Source: Methyloceanibacter sp. (GTDB lineage: Bacteria; Pseudomonadota; Alphaproteobacteria; Rhizobiales; Methyloligellaceae). Taken from it: 64,000 nucleotides of DNA. This document shows positions 10,684 through 19,107 of this stretch, piece by piece (the stretch's first letter is position 1; the number at the start of each line of letters is the position of its first letter). The notes beneath the pieces were generated by a model. That model was not told the DNA's origin. It ran no database searches and worked only from the letters and a program-made list of their open reading frames with translations. Where the stretch lies: positions 22,063-86,062 of the forward strand of contig DATAFR010000160.1 of NCBI GenBank assembly GCA_036257375.1, given 5' to 3'. The position numbers were made by a program, and so were the translations under genes.

Positions 10684-10886
10684 GAAAACACGCTGAACTG
10701 TTAGATTTCCCCCTTCGCCAGCCTAGGGTCTAACAGCCGGGCGGACCGATTTCTGGGCATTAAAGTGGAAACAGCGGGGCACCGATTGCTGCGTCCGGTC
10801 CCCTAAACCCTTGGTTTTATTGCGCCTTGGCGCCAGCCGACGGAGCTCGAACTCTCGCCGCGGAGTCTGCAAGCCCTGAGGACCGC

Positions 10887-12841
10887 TCAGGCCACGAGCG
10901 CGCCGCGTAGTGCCGGAAAGTTCGTGACGATTGTCTCTGCCGGTACGTCTTTAGGCATGAACTCCAGAAGCAATACCGCATCACCATTGGTTTCGAGAAT
11001 GGTGCCTGCCTGCGTGTTCACAACGTAGAAATGCGTCGCATCACGCTCCTCAAGCGCAAACCAAGAGACATTCTGACTCCAGCGCGTGCCCGGCTGCGCC
11101 CGCGTCTCGAGTTGTTCGAGTGCTTGCCGTAGCGCGTCTCGCTGGTAGCGCGCCAACAGCACGAGAAGGTGCTCGCGTGGAATCCAGCCGCTATATTGAT
11201 ACACGTTCGCCTGGCGTTTCATCTCGCCGAACGTGGCGACCAACTCGGTCGCCTGTTGCTGAGTGAGACCGGTCACCACATCATAATCGTAGTAGAGCTC
11301 AAGCACGTTGTCGGGTTTCTCGACAACGTTGGTGACGCCGAAATTTGCCGGGTGTTTCGCAATCGGTGCGTTGTGCTCGAAGGAGAACGTACCGGTTCCT
11401 TCGGAGTGAATAATGTCAGCATGGTCGATGAGAAATTGCGCCGTCTCCAGGGCTTCCTCGCGCGTCTCGGTCGGAAATCCGAAGAAATTGAAAGTATGGT
11501 TCCAAATCCCGGCAGAATGGGCATCGCGCAGGTTCGACAGCATGACACGTTGGGTATTGTTCTTCTTCATGTGGCGCTGCATGCGCTCGTTCGCGGACTC
11601 AAGACCGATATAGAGCGAGCGGAAGCCTATGCCGTGCATGCCGGCGTAGTGCTCCAGCTTGAAATATTTCTCGAACTTGTAAAGGCTGGTAAAAAAGAAT
11701 TTTCCCTTGGGAAATATTTCAGGGAGCTTCTCGAACAGCTTGGGCGGGATCGCTTCATCGTTGAGGGCGAAGTGAGTGACGCCATGGCGACGGTGCAGGT
11801 CTCGACGTCATCGAGCAGCGCCTCCGGACGCCGCATGCGATAGCGATCGCCGTAGATCATGCCGTGGTAGCAGAATGCGCATTTGTCCCAGTAGCACCCC
11901 CGCGTGGATAGAATCGGCAAGACCACCTCGGGCGTGTAGTACTTATCAAGCGAAAGGTCGGAAAAGTCGGGCGTAGGAATCTCGTCCATCGATAGCTGCA
12001 ATCCAGGCCCGGTCGACATGACGCGCTCGCCTTCGACGTAAGTGATGCCGGATATCGACGGATCGAAAGGATTGTCGGCCGCGAGCACTTGTTCAAGCGG
12101 CCGCTCTCCCTCGTATCGCACGATCAAATCGAAATAGCGGCCGAACAGGCGCCGGATGCTGTCCGTGCGGTCGACCAACCGCGAAAACACACTGCCGCCG
12201 ATGAGAATTGGGACGGCGGGGAAGCGCTGCTTGAGAACCGCCCCCAGCGTGAGGCTGGAGAGAATCTGCTCAGTGCCGATGACTGAAATGCCGAAATAGC
12301 GAGGGACCTCCGTAATGGAAGCGACTTTGTCCCGGTAGAACTGGAGAAACGGATTGTCTTCCTCGTTAAGGCAAAACGCGTCGATGGAGGCGAACGAGGC
12401 CAGTACGTTGCTCGTCGACAGCGATGACGTTCCGACGTCGACTATCGGCTCGGCCACCGAGAAGGCGTGAAGCAGGCGCTTGAACGCGGTGACGCTCTTG
12501 TAGAAGTCCTCGACATCGTCGAGGCACTCCCGCCGGAGCAGACGCTTTGCGAGGCGCTCCTTCTCGTCGAAGTCCTTCAGAATTCCCAACGAAACAAGTG
12601 CGTGATTTCGGTAGTCATCGAACTCGCTCGACAGGTTCCGCACGTAAAGTTGGAGCCTCGAGATCGCCCTTGGCAACCTGCGCCGGCTAATAAAGAAGTC
12701 GTAGAACTCGACGTTCCAATCGGACTGGCGGACCGAGTAACCGTTGCCTTGCAGATAGGCCTTCAAAGACGGCGTGCTCAGGAAGGGTTGGAACGGGGAC
12801 CATTGGGGCGGGAAGATGAGATGTATATCAAGCGCGCTCAT
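10887..12841 (-). pseudogene. Cobalamin(B12)-binding-domain radical SAM enzyme with C-terminal RRE-like domain, interrupted by a 1-nt frameshift near 11798
   Basis: AAGGAGG RBS then ATG 12841. B12-domain pattern FGISVIGTEQ...ILIGGS, RYEGE, PTPDF, RGCYWDKCAFC (CxxxCxxC). The rSAM core continues in the other frame: LHRRHGVTHFALNDEAIPP...YIGLES...FFGFPTET. One extra C at GAGAC^CTG joins both frames into about 650 aa. Confidence 0.9.
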
Positions 12842-12908
12842 ATGCACGCCTCCTTGTGCCCTCCACGGCCCGGGCGTGGGACGCTTTCAGGCAATGGCTG
12901 GCAAAAAG

Positions 12909-13292
12909 CTAAGCAGGCTTGCCGCTGCGCCGCGCCGGAGTTTGCGTCGTGCCTTGGTTTTGGTTCTGGTTGTCCATGACCCCCCTCCTCGCCCGGAGCG
13001 AGCAGAACCTTCGGATGTTTTCCAAGGCCGCAGGCTTCATATTCATCAAGTCTTCGAGCTTGCCCTGGTTTTGGTTCTGATTGTCGTCTGCGCCCTCCTC
13101 TGCGCGTGCAAAACCAATTCCCAAGTTGCGGAGAATCTCCGGCTTCATGGCCGCCATCTCTTCAAGCCCGCCTTGGTTCTGGTTTTGATTGTCGGCCAGA
13201 GCGAACTCTCCCGGAAGCGCGCTTTAGAGTTGGCGCACTAGCTCCGGCTGGATCTGGTCTTTCAACAGCTTGAGGAGGGAATTCTTATCCAT
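12909..13292 (-). CDS. Putative multi-core RiPP precursor peptide (three DNQNQNQG cores) with in-frame TAA at codon 23
   Basis: GGAGG then ATG 13292: MDKNSLLKLLKDQIQPELVRQL*SALPGEFALADNQNQNQGGLEEMAAMKPEILRNLGIGFARAEEGADDNQNQNQGKLEDLMNMKPAALENIRRFCSLRARRGVMDNQNQNQGTTQTPARRSGKPA*. Co-oriented, ending 68 nt upstream of the rSAM start. The ORF track shows only the last 82 aa (12909-13157). Confidence 0.75.
12951..13193 (-). repeat. Three 24-nt imperfect direct repeats encoding DNQNQNQG, period 108/111 nt
   Basis: Copies at 13170-13193, 13062-13085 and 12951-12974: GACAATCAAAACCAGAACCAAGGC / GACAATCAGAACCAAAACCAGGGC / GACAACCAGAACCAAAACCAAGGC. Confidence 0.95.
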
Positions 13293-13376
13293 GACGCGTA
13301 CCTCCAGCGTTCCGCGAGAGCGGCGCGACTGCACAACAATGGATCTCGGGAATTCCCAGATAATCCTGTACCTACC

Positions 13377-13403
13377 ACATCTTTGGTTGTACAAACAAGA
13401 TGT
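13377..13403. promoter_or_regulatory. Imperfect AT-rich palindrome upstream of the precursor gene, possible operator
   Basis: ACATCTTTGGTTGTACAAACAAGATGT, centred on GTAC with ACATCTT/AAGATGT arms. Confidence 0.35.
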
Positions 13404-13427
13404 TCAATCACCGCGTGGGGTTCGAGG

Positions 13428-14060
13428 CTAACCCGCATTGGGGACGTTGCGATCGAAAGCGACGAAGACCTTGTAGTCCTCGGGTCTTGTGCCGACCACG
13501 ATAGGAAAGGCGATTTCCCGCACCATGGAGAAATAGCCGGCGGGGCCGCCGGCGGGGACGGTCGTGGTGATCTTCATCTTGTCGGTGGCGAGTGTATTTC
13601 GCTGGGCCCCATCGACGCGGATATTCACGCCGAGCGTTACCGTGCCCGGTCCACCTTTAGGCCCGAGCAGAATGCGCCCAGCGAAGCCATATTTGACGAC
13701 GACGCGATCCGAATAGAGTTGGCATTCGCGTGCCATCTTGGTGATCTCGCCGCGATGCACGATCGAGTTTGATTCCCCGACATGGCCAGGCTCGTAGACG
13801 GTGAGCAGCCGGTCGCGCGGCCAGGCCACGACTTGCGGGCAATGCGTGCTCGCGCCGGAGGGGAGATCAGTCCCAGTATCGGCCTTGGCCGTCTCGAGCA
13901 GCCTGTCCTCGTTGACGGCCGAGGCGGATTTGTCCTCGTCGCCCGATTTGAAAGGATTCGAGATCCTGGAGACGGCGCAGCCCGAGGCAAACACAGCGAT
14001 GGCGATGAGCCCGGCGAAGGCGCATGGAGCTAGCCACCAAAGATCGCCGGCACGCTTCAC
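13428..14060 (-). CDS. Conserved hypothetical lipoprotein
   Basis: Lipobox FASGC, CPQV...EITKMARECQ Cys pair, divergent from ispH. Confidence 0.7.
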   Translation of the reverse strand: MKRAGDLWWLAPCAFAGLIAIAVFASGCAVSRISNPFKSGDEDKSASAVNEDRLLETAKADTGTDLPSGASTHCPQVVAWPRDRLLTVYEPGHVGESNSIVHRGEITKMARECQLYSDRVVVKYGFAGRILLGPKGGPGTVTLGVNIRVDGAQRNTLATDKMKITTTVPAGGPAGYFSMVREIAFPIVVGTRPEDYKVFVAFDRNVPNAG

Positions 14061-14078
14061 CTGATCCCCGTCCTCGGC

Positions 14079-14107
14079 TTGACATGCCAGGCATCCCCGC
14101 CTGATAT
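14079..14107 (+). promoter_or_regulatory. Putative sigma70 promoter for ispH-thrB-rnhA
   Basis: TTGACA (14079-14084), 17 nt, TGATAT (14102-14107). Confidence 0.6.
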
Positions 14108-14245
14108 GCCGGCTCGATGTAAGAATTGCTTTGTAATGCCGTGAGTTGCCGGCTTTTTTCTGTTGCGGGCCAAACTATCCGTACTCGTCGGGCGCGACAA
14201 GACTAGACTGCTGGCGGCTGGAATAACTTTTTCTCCGGGACCACG

Positions 14246-15238
14246 ATGACCGGCTCGATCAAGCCCAATGGGAGCCAGGCGGACCGCCCTCCGCTCACCA
14301 TCTATCTGGCGGCCCCGCGCGGCTTCTGCGCCGGCGTCGACCGGGCCATCCAGATCGTCGAGCTTGCGCTCGCCAAATATGGCGCGCCCGTCTATGTGCG
14401 CCATGAAATCGTCCATAACCGTTACGTGGTGGAGAGCCTCAAGGCCAAGGGCGCCATCTTCGTGGAGGAATTGGACGAAATCCCGGACACCGACGCGCCA
14501 ATCGTATTTTCGGCCCATGGCGTACCTAAAGCCGTGCCGGAAGCCGCCAGGCGGCGGCGGATGTTCGTGCTCGATGCCACCTGCCCGCTCGTCTCCAAGG
14601 TGCATGTCGAAGCCGAGCGCCAGCACGCCGAGGGCCGCGAGATCCTCTTGATCGGACATGCAGGCCATCCCGAGGTGATCGGCACCACCGGGCAATTGCC
14701 GGAAGGCGCGGTGCATCTGATCGAGACCGCCCAAGACGCGCGGGCGTTCACCCCGCGCGATCCGGACAGGCTCGCGGTGATCACCCAGACCACCCTTTCG
14801 GTCGACGACACCAAGGAGATCGTGAACGTGCTGAAAGCGCGCTTCCCACGCATGATCACGCCGCGCAAGGACGATATCTGCTACGCCACCACCAACCGTC
14901 AAGAGGCGGTGAAGCACATCGCGCCCGCTTGCGACCGCATGATCGTGGTCGGCTCGCCCAACAGCTCCAATTCGCTCCGCCTGGTCGAGGTCGCCGAACG
15001 TGCCGGCTGCGCCTACGCGGTCTTGATCCAGCGCGCGGCGGAGATCGACTGGGACGCCTTTACCGGCATCAGCCGGCTCGGCATCACCGCCGGCGCGTCT
15101 GCGCCCGAAGTCTTGGTCGACGAGATCATCGATGCCTTCAAGACACGATACGCTGCGACGGTGGAGACCATCACCACAGCGGAAGAAAGCATCGCTTTCA
15201 AGCTGCCGCGCGAGCTCAGAGAGATGCCGGCGCTCTAG
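14246..15238 (+). CDS. ispH: 4-hydroxy-3-methylbut-2-enyl diphosphate reductase
   Basis: [39 protein letters not shown]. Confidence 0.98.
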   Translation: MTGSIKPNGSQADRPPLTIYLAAPRGFCAGVDRAIQIVELALAKYGAPVYVRHEIVHNRYVVESLKAKGAIFVEELDEIPDTDAPIVFSAHGVPKAVPEAARRRRMFVLDATCPLVSKVHVEAERQHAEGREILLIGHAGHPEVIGTTGQLPEGAVHLIETAQDARAFTPRDPDRLAVITQTTLSVDDTKEIVNVLKARFPRMITPRKDDICYATTNRQEAVKHIAPACDRMIVVGSPNSSNSLRLVEVAERAGCAYAVLIQRAAEIDWDAFTGISRLGITAGASAPEVLVDEIIDAFKTRYAATVETITTAEESIAFKLPRELREMPAL

Positions 15239-16204
15239 ATGGCTGTCTACACCGACGTCTCTGACGAGGAGCTCGAAGCCTTCATCGAAAGCTATGCGGT
15301 CGGCGCGCTGACCTCGTTCAAGGGCATCGCCGAGGGCGTCGAGAACTCGAACTATCTCGTCCACACCGAAAGCGGGCGCTATATCCTCACGCTCTACGAG
15401 AAGCGGGTGAAGCGCGAGGACCTGCCCTATTTCCTCGCGCTGATGGAGCATCTCGCCTCGCGCCGCATCTCTTGCCCGCTCCCGGTCAAGGATCGCCAAG
15501 GCCGCACGCTGAAGGAGCTTGCCGGGCGTCCTGCAGCGCTGATCACCTTCCTCGAAGGCTTGTGGGTGCGACGGCCGAACATCGAGCATTGCGCTGGGCT
15601 CGGCGATGCGCTCGCGCATTTCCACCTCGCCGGCGCCGATTTCAACATGTTTCGGGCAAACAGCCTGTCCCTGCCCGGCTGGCGCGCGCTGTTCGCCTCC
15701 ATCGGCGCGGGCGCCGACAAGGTCAAGACGGGGCTTTCAGGCGTGATGGAGAAGGAGCTGCGTCATCTGGAAGAGACTTGGCCCGAGGATTTGCCGCAAG
15801 GCGTAATCCATGCCGATCTCTTCCCCGATAATGTGTTCTTCCTCGGCGACAAAGTGTCGGGGCTGATCGACTTCTATTTCGCCTGCAACGACATGCTGGC
15901 TTACGACGTCGCGGTCTGCCTCAATGCCTGGTGCTTCGAGACGGACGGAAGCTTCAACATCACCAAGGCGCGGGCGTTGCTCCAGGCCTACGAGGGCGTG
16001 CGTGCTTTGACCAAGCCCGAGCTCGACTGGCTTCCCACGCTCGCGCGCGGCGCGGCACTCCGCTTCCTGTTGACCCGCACCTACGATCTCATCAACACGG
16101 ACGCGAACGCGCTGGTAAAGACCAAGGACCCCAACGAATATCTGCGCAAGCTTCGATTCCACCAGCGGGTCAAGTCCTATCGCGACTACGGTCTTGGGAC
16201 GTGA
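15239..16204 (+). CDS. thrB: Homoserine kinase type II
   Basis: [35 protein letters not shown]. Confidence 0.96.
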   Translation: MAVYTDVSDEELEAFIESYAVGALTSFKGIAEGVENSNYLVHTESGRYILTLYEKRVKREDLPYFLALMEHLASRRISCPLPVKDRQGRTLKELAGRPAALITFLEGLWVRRPNIEHCAGLGDALAHFHLAGADFNMFRANSLSLPGWRALFASIGAGADKVKTGLSGVMEKELRHLEETWPEDLPQGVIHADLFPDNVFFLGDKVSGLIDFYFACNDMLAYDVAVCLNAWCFETDGSFNITKARALLQAYEGVRALTKPELDWLPTLARGAALRFLLTRTYDLINTDANALVKTKDPNEYLRKLRFHQRVKSYRDYGLGT

Positions 16205-16206
16205 GC

Positions 16207-16668
16207 ATGGCTGAGCGGCCGAAAGTCGTGATCCATACCGACGGCGCCTGTTCCGGCAATCCGGGACCGGGGGGCTGGGGCGTGATCCTCGAATCGGGAC
16301 CGCATCGCAAGGAGCTCTCGGGCGGTGAGCCTATGACCACGAATAATCGCATGGAGCTAACCGCCGCCATCGAGGCGCTCGAGGCGCTGAAAGCCCCCTC
16401 CGAGGTCGATCTCTACACCGACTCCAATTATCTGCGCGGCGGCATTACGAGTTGGATCAAGGGCTGGAAGAAGAATGGCTGGCGCACGGCCGACAAGAAA
16501 CCGGTGAAGAACGCCGAATTGTGGGAGCGGCTCGAACGAGCGGCAGCGCGGCATGTCGTGCGCTGGCACTGGATTAAGGGCCATGTCGGCCATGACGACA
16601 ACGAGCGCGCCGACGAGCTTGCCCGCGAGGGCATGGGCCCGTTCCTCACCTCTCGCCGCAAAGGCTAG
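16207..16668 (+). CDS. rnhA: Ribonuclease HI
   Basis: ATG 16207. [40 protein letters not shown]. Confidence 0.97.
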   Translation: MAERPKVVIHTDGACSGNPGPGGWGVILESGPHRKELSGGEPMTTNNRMELTAAIEALEALKAPSEVDLYTDSNYLRGGITSWIKGWKKNGWRTADKKPVKNAELWERLERAAARHVVRWHWIKGHVGHDDNERADELAREGMGPFLTSRRKG

Positions 16669-16673
16669 GCGAA

Positions 16674-17159
16674 TCACAGCCGATCGAGAAGCTTCGCCGC
16701 TGTGCTTTCCACGGCGACGCCGGGAGAGTCCTCGACGTTGAGCGCTTTCACCACGCCGTCTTCGACAAGCGCCGAGTAGCGCTTGGAGCGCGTGCCGAGC
16801 CCGACGCCGCTCCCGTCGAAATCCATGCCGATCTTCTTGGTGAACTCGGCATTGCCGTCAGACAGGAACAACACCTTGCCCTTGCCGCCCGAGGCTTCCG
16901 CCCAGGCGCCGAGCACGAAAGGATCGTTCACCGCAACGCATGCAACGGTGTCGATGCCGAGCTGCTTGAACTCATCGGCACTCTCGATGAAGCCCGGCAA
17001 ATGCTTCAGGTGACAGGTGGGCGTGAAGGCGCCTGGCACGGCGAACAGAACGACCTTCTTGCGGGCGAATACGTCGCTCGTGCTCAGCGTCTTGATCCCG
17101 TCAGGGTCCGCGACCTTGAAGGTTGCGTCCGGCAAGCGGTCTCCGATTGCGATCGTCAT
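16674..17159 (-). CDS. Peroxiredoxin (Prx5 type)
   Basis: VPGAFTPTCHLKHLPGF, NDPFV..AW, RSKRY. Confidence 0.93.
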   Translation of the reverse strand: MTIAIGDRLPDATFKVADPDGIKTLSTSDVFARKKVVLFAVPGAFTPTCHLKHLPGFIESADEFKQLGIDTVACVAVNDPFVLGAWAEASGGKGKVLFLSDGNAEFTKKIGMDFDGSGVGLGTRSKRYSALVEDGVVKALNVEDSPGVAVESTAAKLLDRL

Positions 17160-17230
17160 TCTGCGCGCTCCCTGAACTTACGCGCGGGCACCATAGCGGC
17201 TTCGACACCGGTGGCCAAGCCACGGGGTCA

Positions 17231-18103
17231 CTACTCGGCCGTCCACATGGTCTCGGTCGAGCCTTGATCCGAGACGAGCGTCAAGGCCAAGGTTTTGCCC
17301 TTGATGGCCGCGACCTCCGCCGGCGTGACAAGAGTTATGGCGAAGCGCTGCTTGCCGCCGTCGAACGGTGTGAGCGGCTTCGCTGCCGGAATGAAAATGT
17401 CTCCGGCATAGATGAAGAGATCCGTGCCGGTGGCACCTGGAGGAAAATTGGCATCGATGAGAAGCTCAGGCGGCGTTTCGTCGAGCTTCGCTTCCACCTG
17501 GTTCACCTGCGGCAAGAGGCCATCCGCGGCGGGCTTCGGCACGCGAGCAAGAAACTCTCCGATCAACGTGGCGTCGCCTTTGCCGAGATCCGGCGGCAGA
17601 ACGAGACCGAGACTCACGTCGTTCGGAACACACAGATCCTTGCAGAGGCCGTAAGAGAACGCGAGCTTGAGCTCGATCGGCTCCCCTTCCCGCTCGGGCG
17701 TGAGCTTGACCGGAAACACCACCTCGTCGTCATAGCCGATCGCGGTCCCGCCGGCTTCGGCGAAGCTATGCGGCGCCGGATAGAGCAGCTCGGCCTGTTT
17801 CAGATTCTTCGAGCCGGTCCAGTCGAAGGCGGGCGGCACGCCGGAGTCGCCGGGGTTCTTCCAATAGGTCTTCCAGCCGGAATTCATGCGAAGCTGCACG
17901 CCGGCGATGAGCGTCGGCTTGCCGCCGAGGTCCACGGTGCCGGAAACGAGGCGCGCCTTGGAGCTGGTTGAGGTGACCCAGGGAGAAGAGCTTGCCACGG
18001 CGCCGAGAGCGGCGTCGGCGGCGGCAATGCCCAAGATTGCGCCAGTAATGAAAATGAATGCAGCGGACGCGCCGCGCCATTGAAACAAGCCAAATCGCAT
18101 CAT
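17231..18103 (-). CDS. Protein-disulfide reductase DsbD N-terminal-domain protein
   Basis: Signal peptide, GWKTYWKNPGDSGVPP, YGLCKDLCVP. Confidence 0.85.
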   Translation of the reverse strand: MMRFGLFQWRGASAAFIFITGAILGIAAADAALGAVASSSPWVTSTSSKARLVSGTVDLGGKPTLIAGVQLRMNSGWKTYWKNPGDSGVPPAFDWTGSKNLKQAELLYPAPHSFAEAGGTAIGYDDEVVFPVKLTPEREGEPIELKLAFSYGLCKDLCVPNDVSLGLVLPPDLGKGDATLIGEFLARVPKPAADGLLPQVNQVEAKLDETPPELLIDANFPPGATGTDLFIYAGDIFIPAAKPLTPFDGGKQRFAITLVTPAEVAAIKGKTLALTLVSDQGSTETMWTAE

Positions 18104-18279
18104 CTAATCCAAGACGTTCGCTTCGCGGCCGCAACTTTAGCGGTAAGGTTCCGCTCAGGCGACTAAAGGAAAGGATAACAGTCTCACTCTTTCGTGAGGC
18201 AAAAGCGACGAAAATGCGCGGCGCGCGCCAATGGCGCAATAGTACTTCCAAAGCCGCATAAAGGCTGTACTCTCTAGCG

Positions 18280-18894
18280 ATGACAGCTCGTAGTACACCT
18301 CCCAAGGAACGGCGCGACGGCTATCTCGACGGACAACTGCTTATCGCCATGCCGGCGATGGGCGATCCGCGCTTCTCCCGTTCCGTCATCTATATGTGCG
18401 CGCATTCGGCGGACGGCGCGATGGGGATCATCATCAATCAGCGCGCTCCGAATATCAGCTTCACGGAGCTCTTGGAGCAGCTCAACATCGTGCCGCCTGA
18501 AGATCGCATCAGGTTGCCCGAGGGTCTCGGCGCCATGGCGGTGCATCTCGGCGGCCCGGTCGAGACCGGGCGCGGCTTTGTGTTGCACAGTGCGGACTAC
18601 TTCAAGGCGGAGAGCACGCTGCCGATCGACGAAAGCGTTTGTCTCACCGCGACCATCGACATCTTGCGCGACATCGCCAAGGGCACCGGCCCCGACAAGG
18701 CGCTGCTCGCGCTCGGCTATGCCGGTTGGGCGCCGGGCCAGCTCGAGAACGAGATCCACGCCAATGGCTGGTTGAATTGTCCCGCCGACCCCGAGTTGAT
18801 CTTCGATCCCGAGGTCGACCGCAAATATTCGCGCGCCTTGCACCGGCTCGGCATCGACCCGATCCGCCTCGTCAACGATTCAGGCCACGCTTGA
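18280..18894 (+). CDS. YqgE/AlgH family protein
   Basis: [42 protein letters not shown]...N.W. Confidence 0.93.
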   Translation: MTARSTPPKERRDGYLDGQLLIAMPAMGDPRFSRSVIYMCAHSADGAMGIIINQRAPNISFTELLEQLNIVPPEDRIRLPEGLGAMAVHLGGPVETGRGFVLHSADYFKAESTLPIDESVCLTATIDILRDIAKGTGPDKALLALGYAGWAPGQLENEIHANGWLNCPADPELIFDPEVDRKYSRALHRLGIDPIRLVNDSGHA

Positions 18895-18970
18895 TCAGGT
18901 GTCGATCGTCAGACGCCGATCAGCGATCTGATTCATGCGGAGCTTGGCGAGCCCCGTTCGAGAATTTCGT

Positions 18971-19064
18971 GAACCGGTTGCTAACGGCTCAGGCGGAAGT
19001 CCCCAGTCCGGCGTGAGCAGGTATGGCCTGAACCCACGATTCACGGCATACGGGCAACCGGTCC
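18971..19064 (-). ncRNA. Candidate structured small RNA (three-way junction)
   Basis: 11-bp end-to-end stem GGACCGGTTGC/GCAACCGGTTC enclosing two hairpins. CTATAAAT -10-like element just upstream on the minus strand. No family recognised. Confidence 0.35.
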
Positions 19065-19107
19065 TGGTATTTATAGATGGGGCGCTTTGGTCCTAGAACG
19101 ATGGTGC

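Noticed and set aside
11690-11696. T TTT TTA slippery heptamer as a programmed -1 frameshift repairing the radical SAM gene
   Set aside because: It is in the right frame but lies about 35 codons downstream of where family-like sequence (HFALNDEAIPP) switches frame. Slippage there would leave the core segment wrong.
12951-13193. Three regularly spaced 24-nt repeats as a mini CRISPR array
   Set aside because: The spacers are 84-87 nt, the repeats vary only at synonymous positions and stay in one reading frame, and no cas genes are present. They are coding repeats.
13224-13226. Selenocysteine or pyrrolysine recoding of the precursor's internal stop
   Set aside because: The codon is TAA, not TGA or TAG.
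14138-14159. Hairpin plus T6 in the ispH leader as an attenuator
   Set aside because: The stem is only 4 bp (GCCG/CGGC), and I see no antiterminator or leader peptide.
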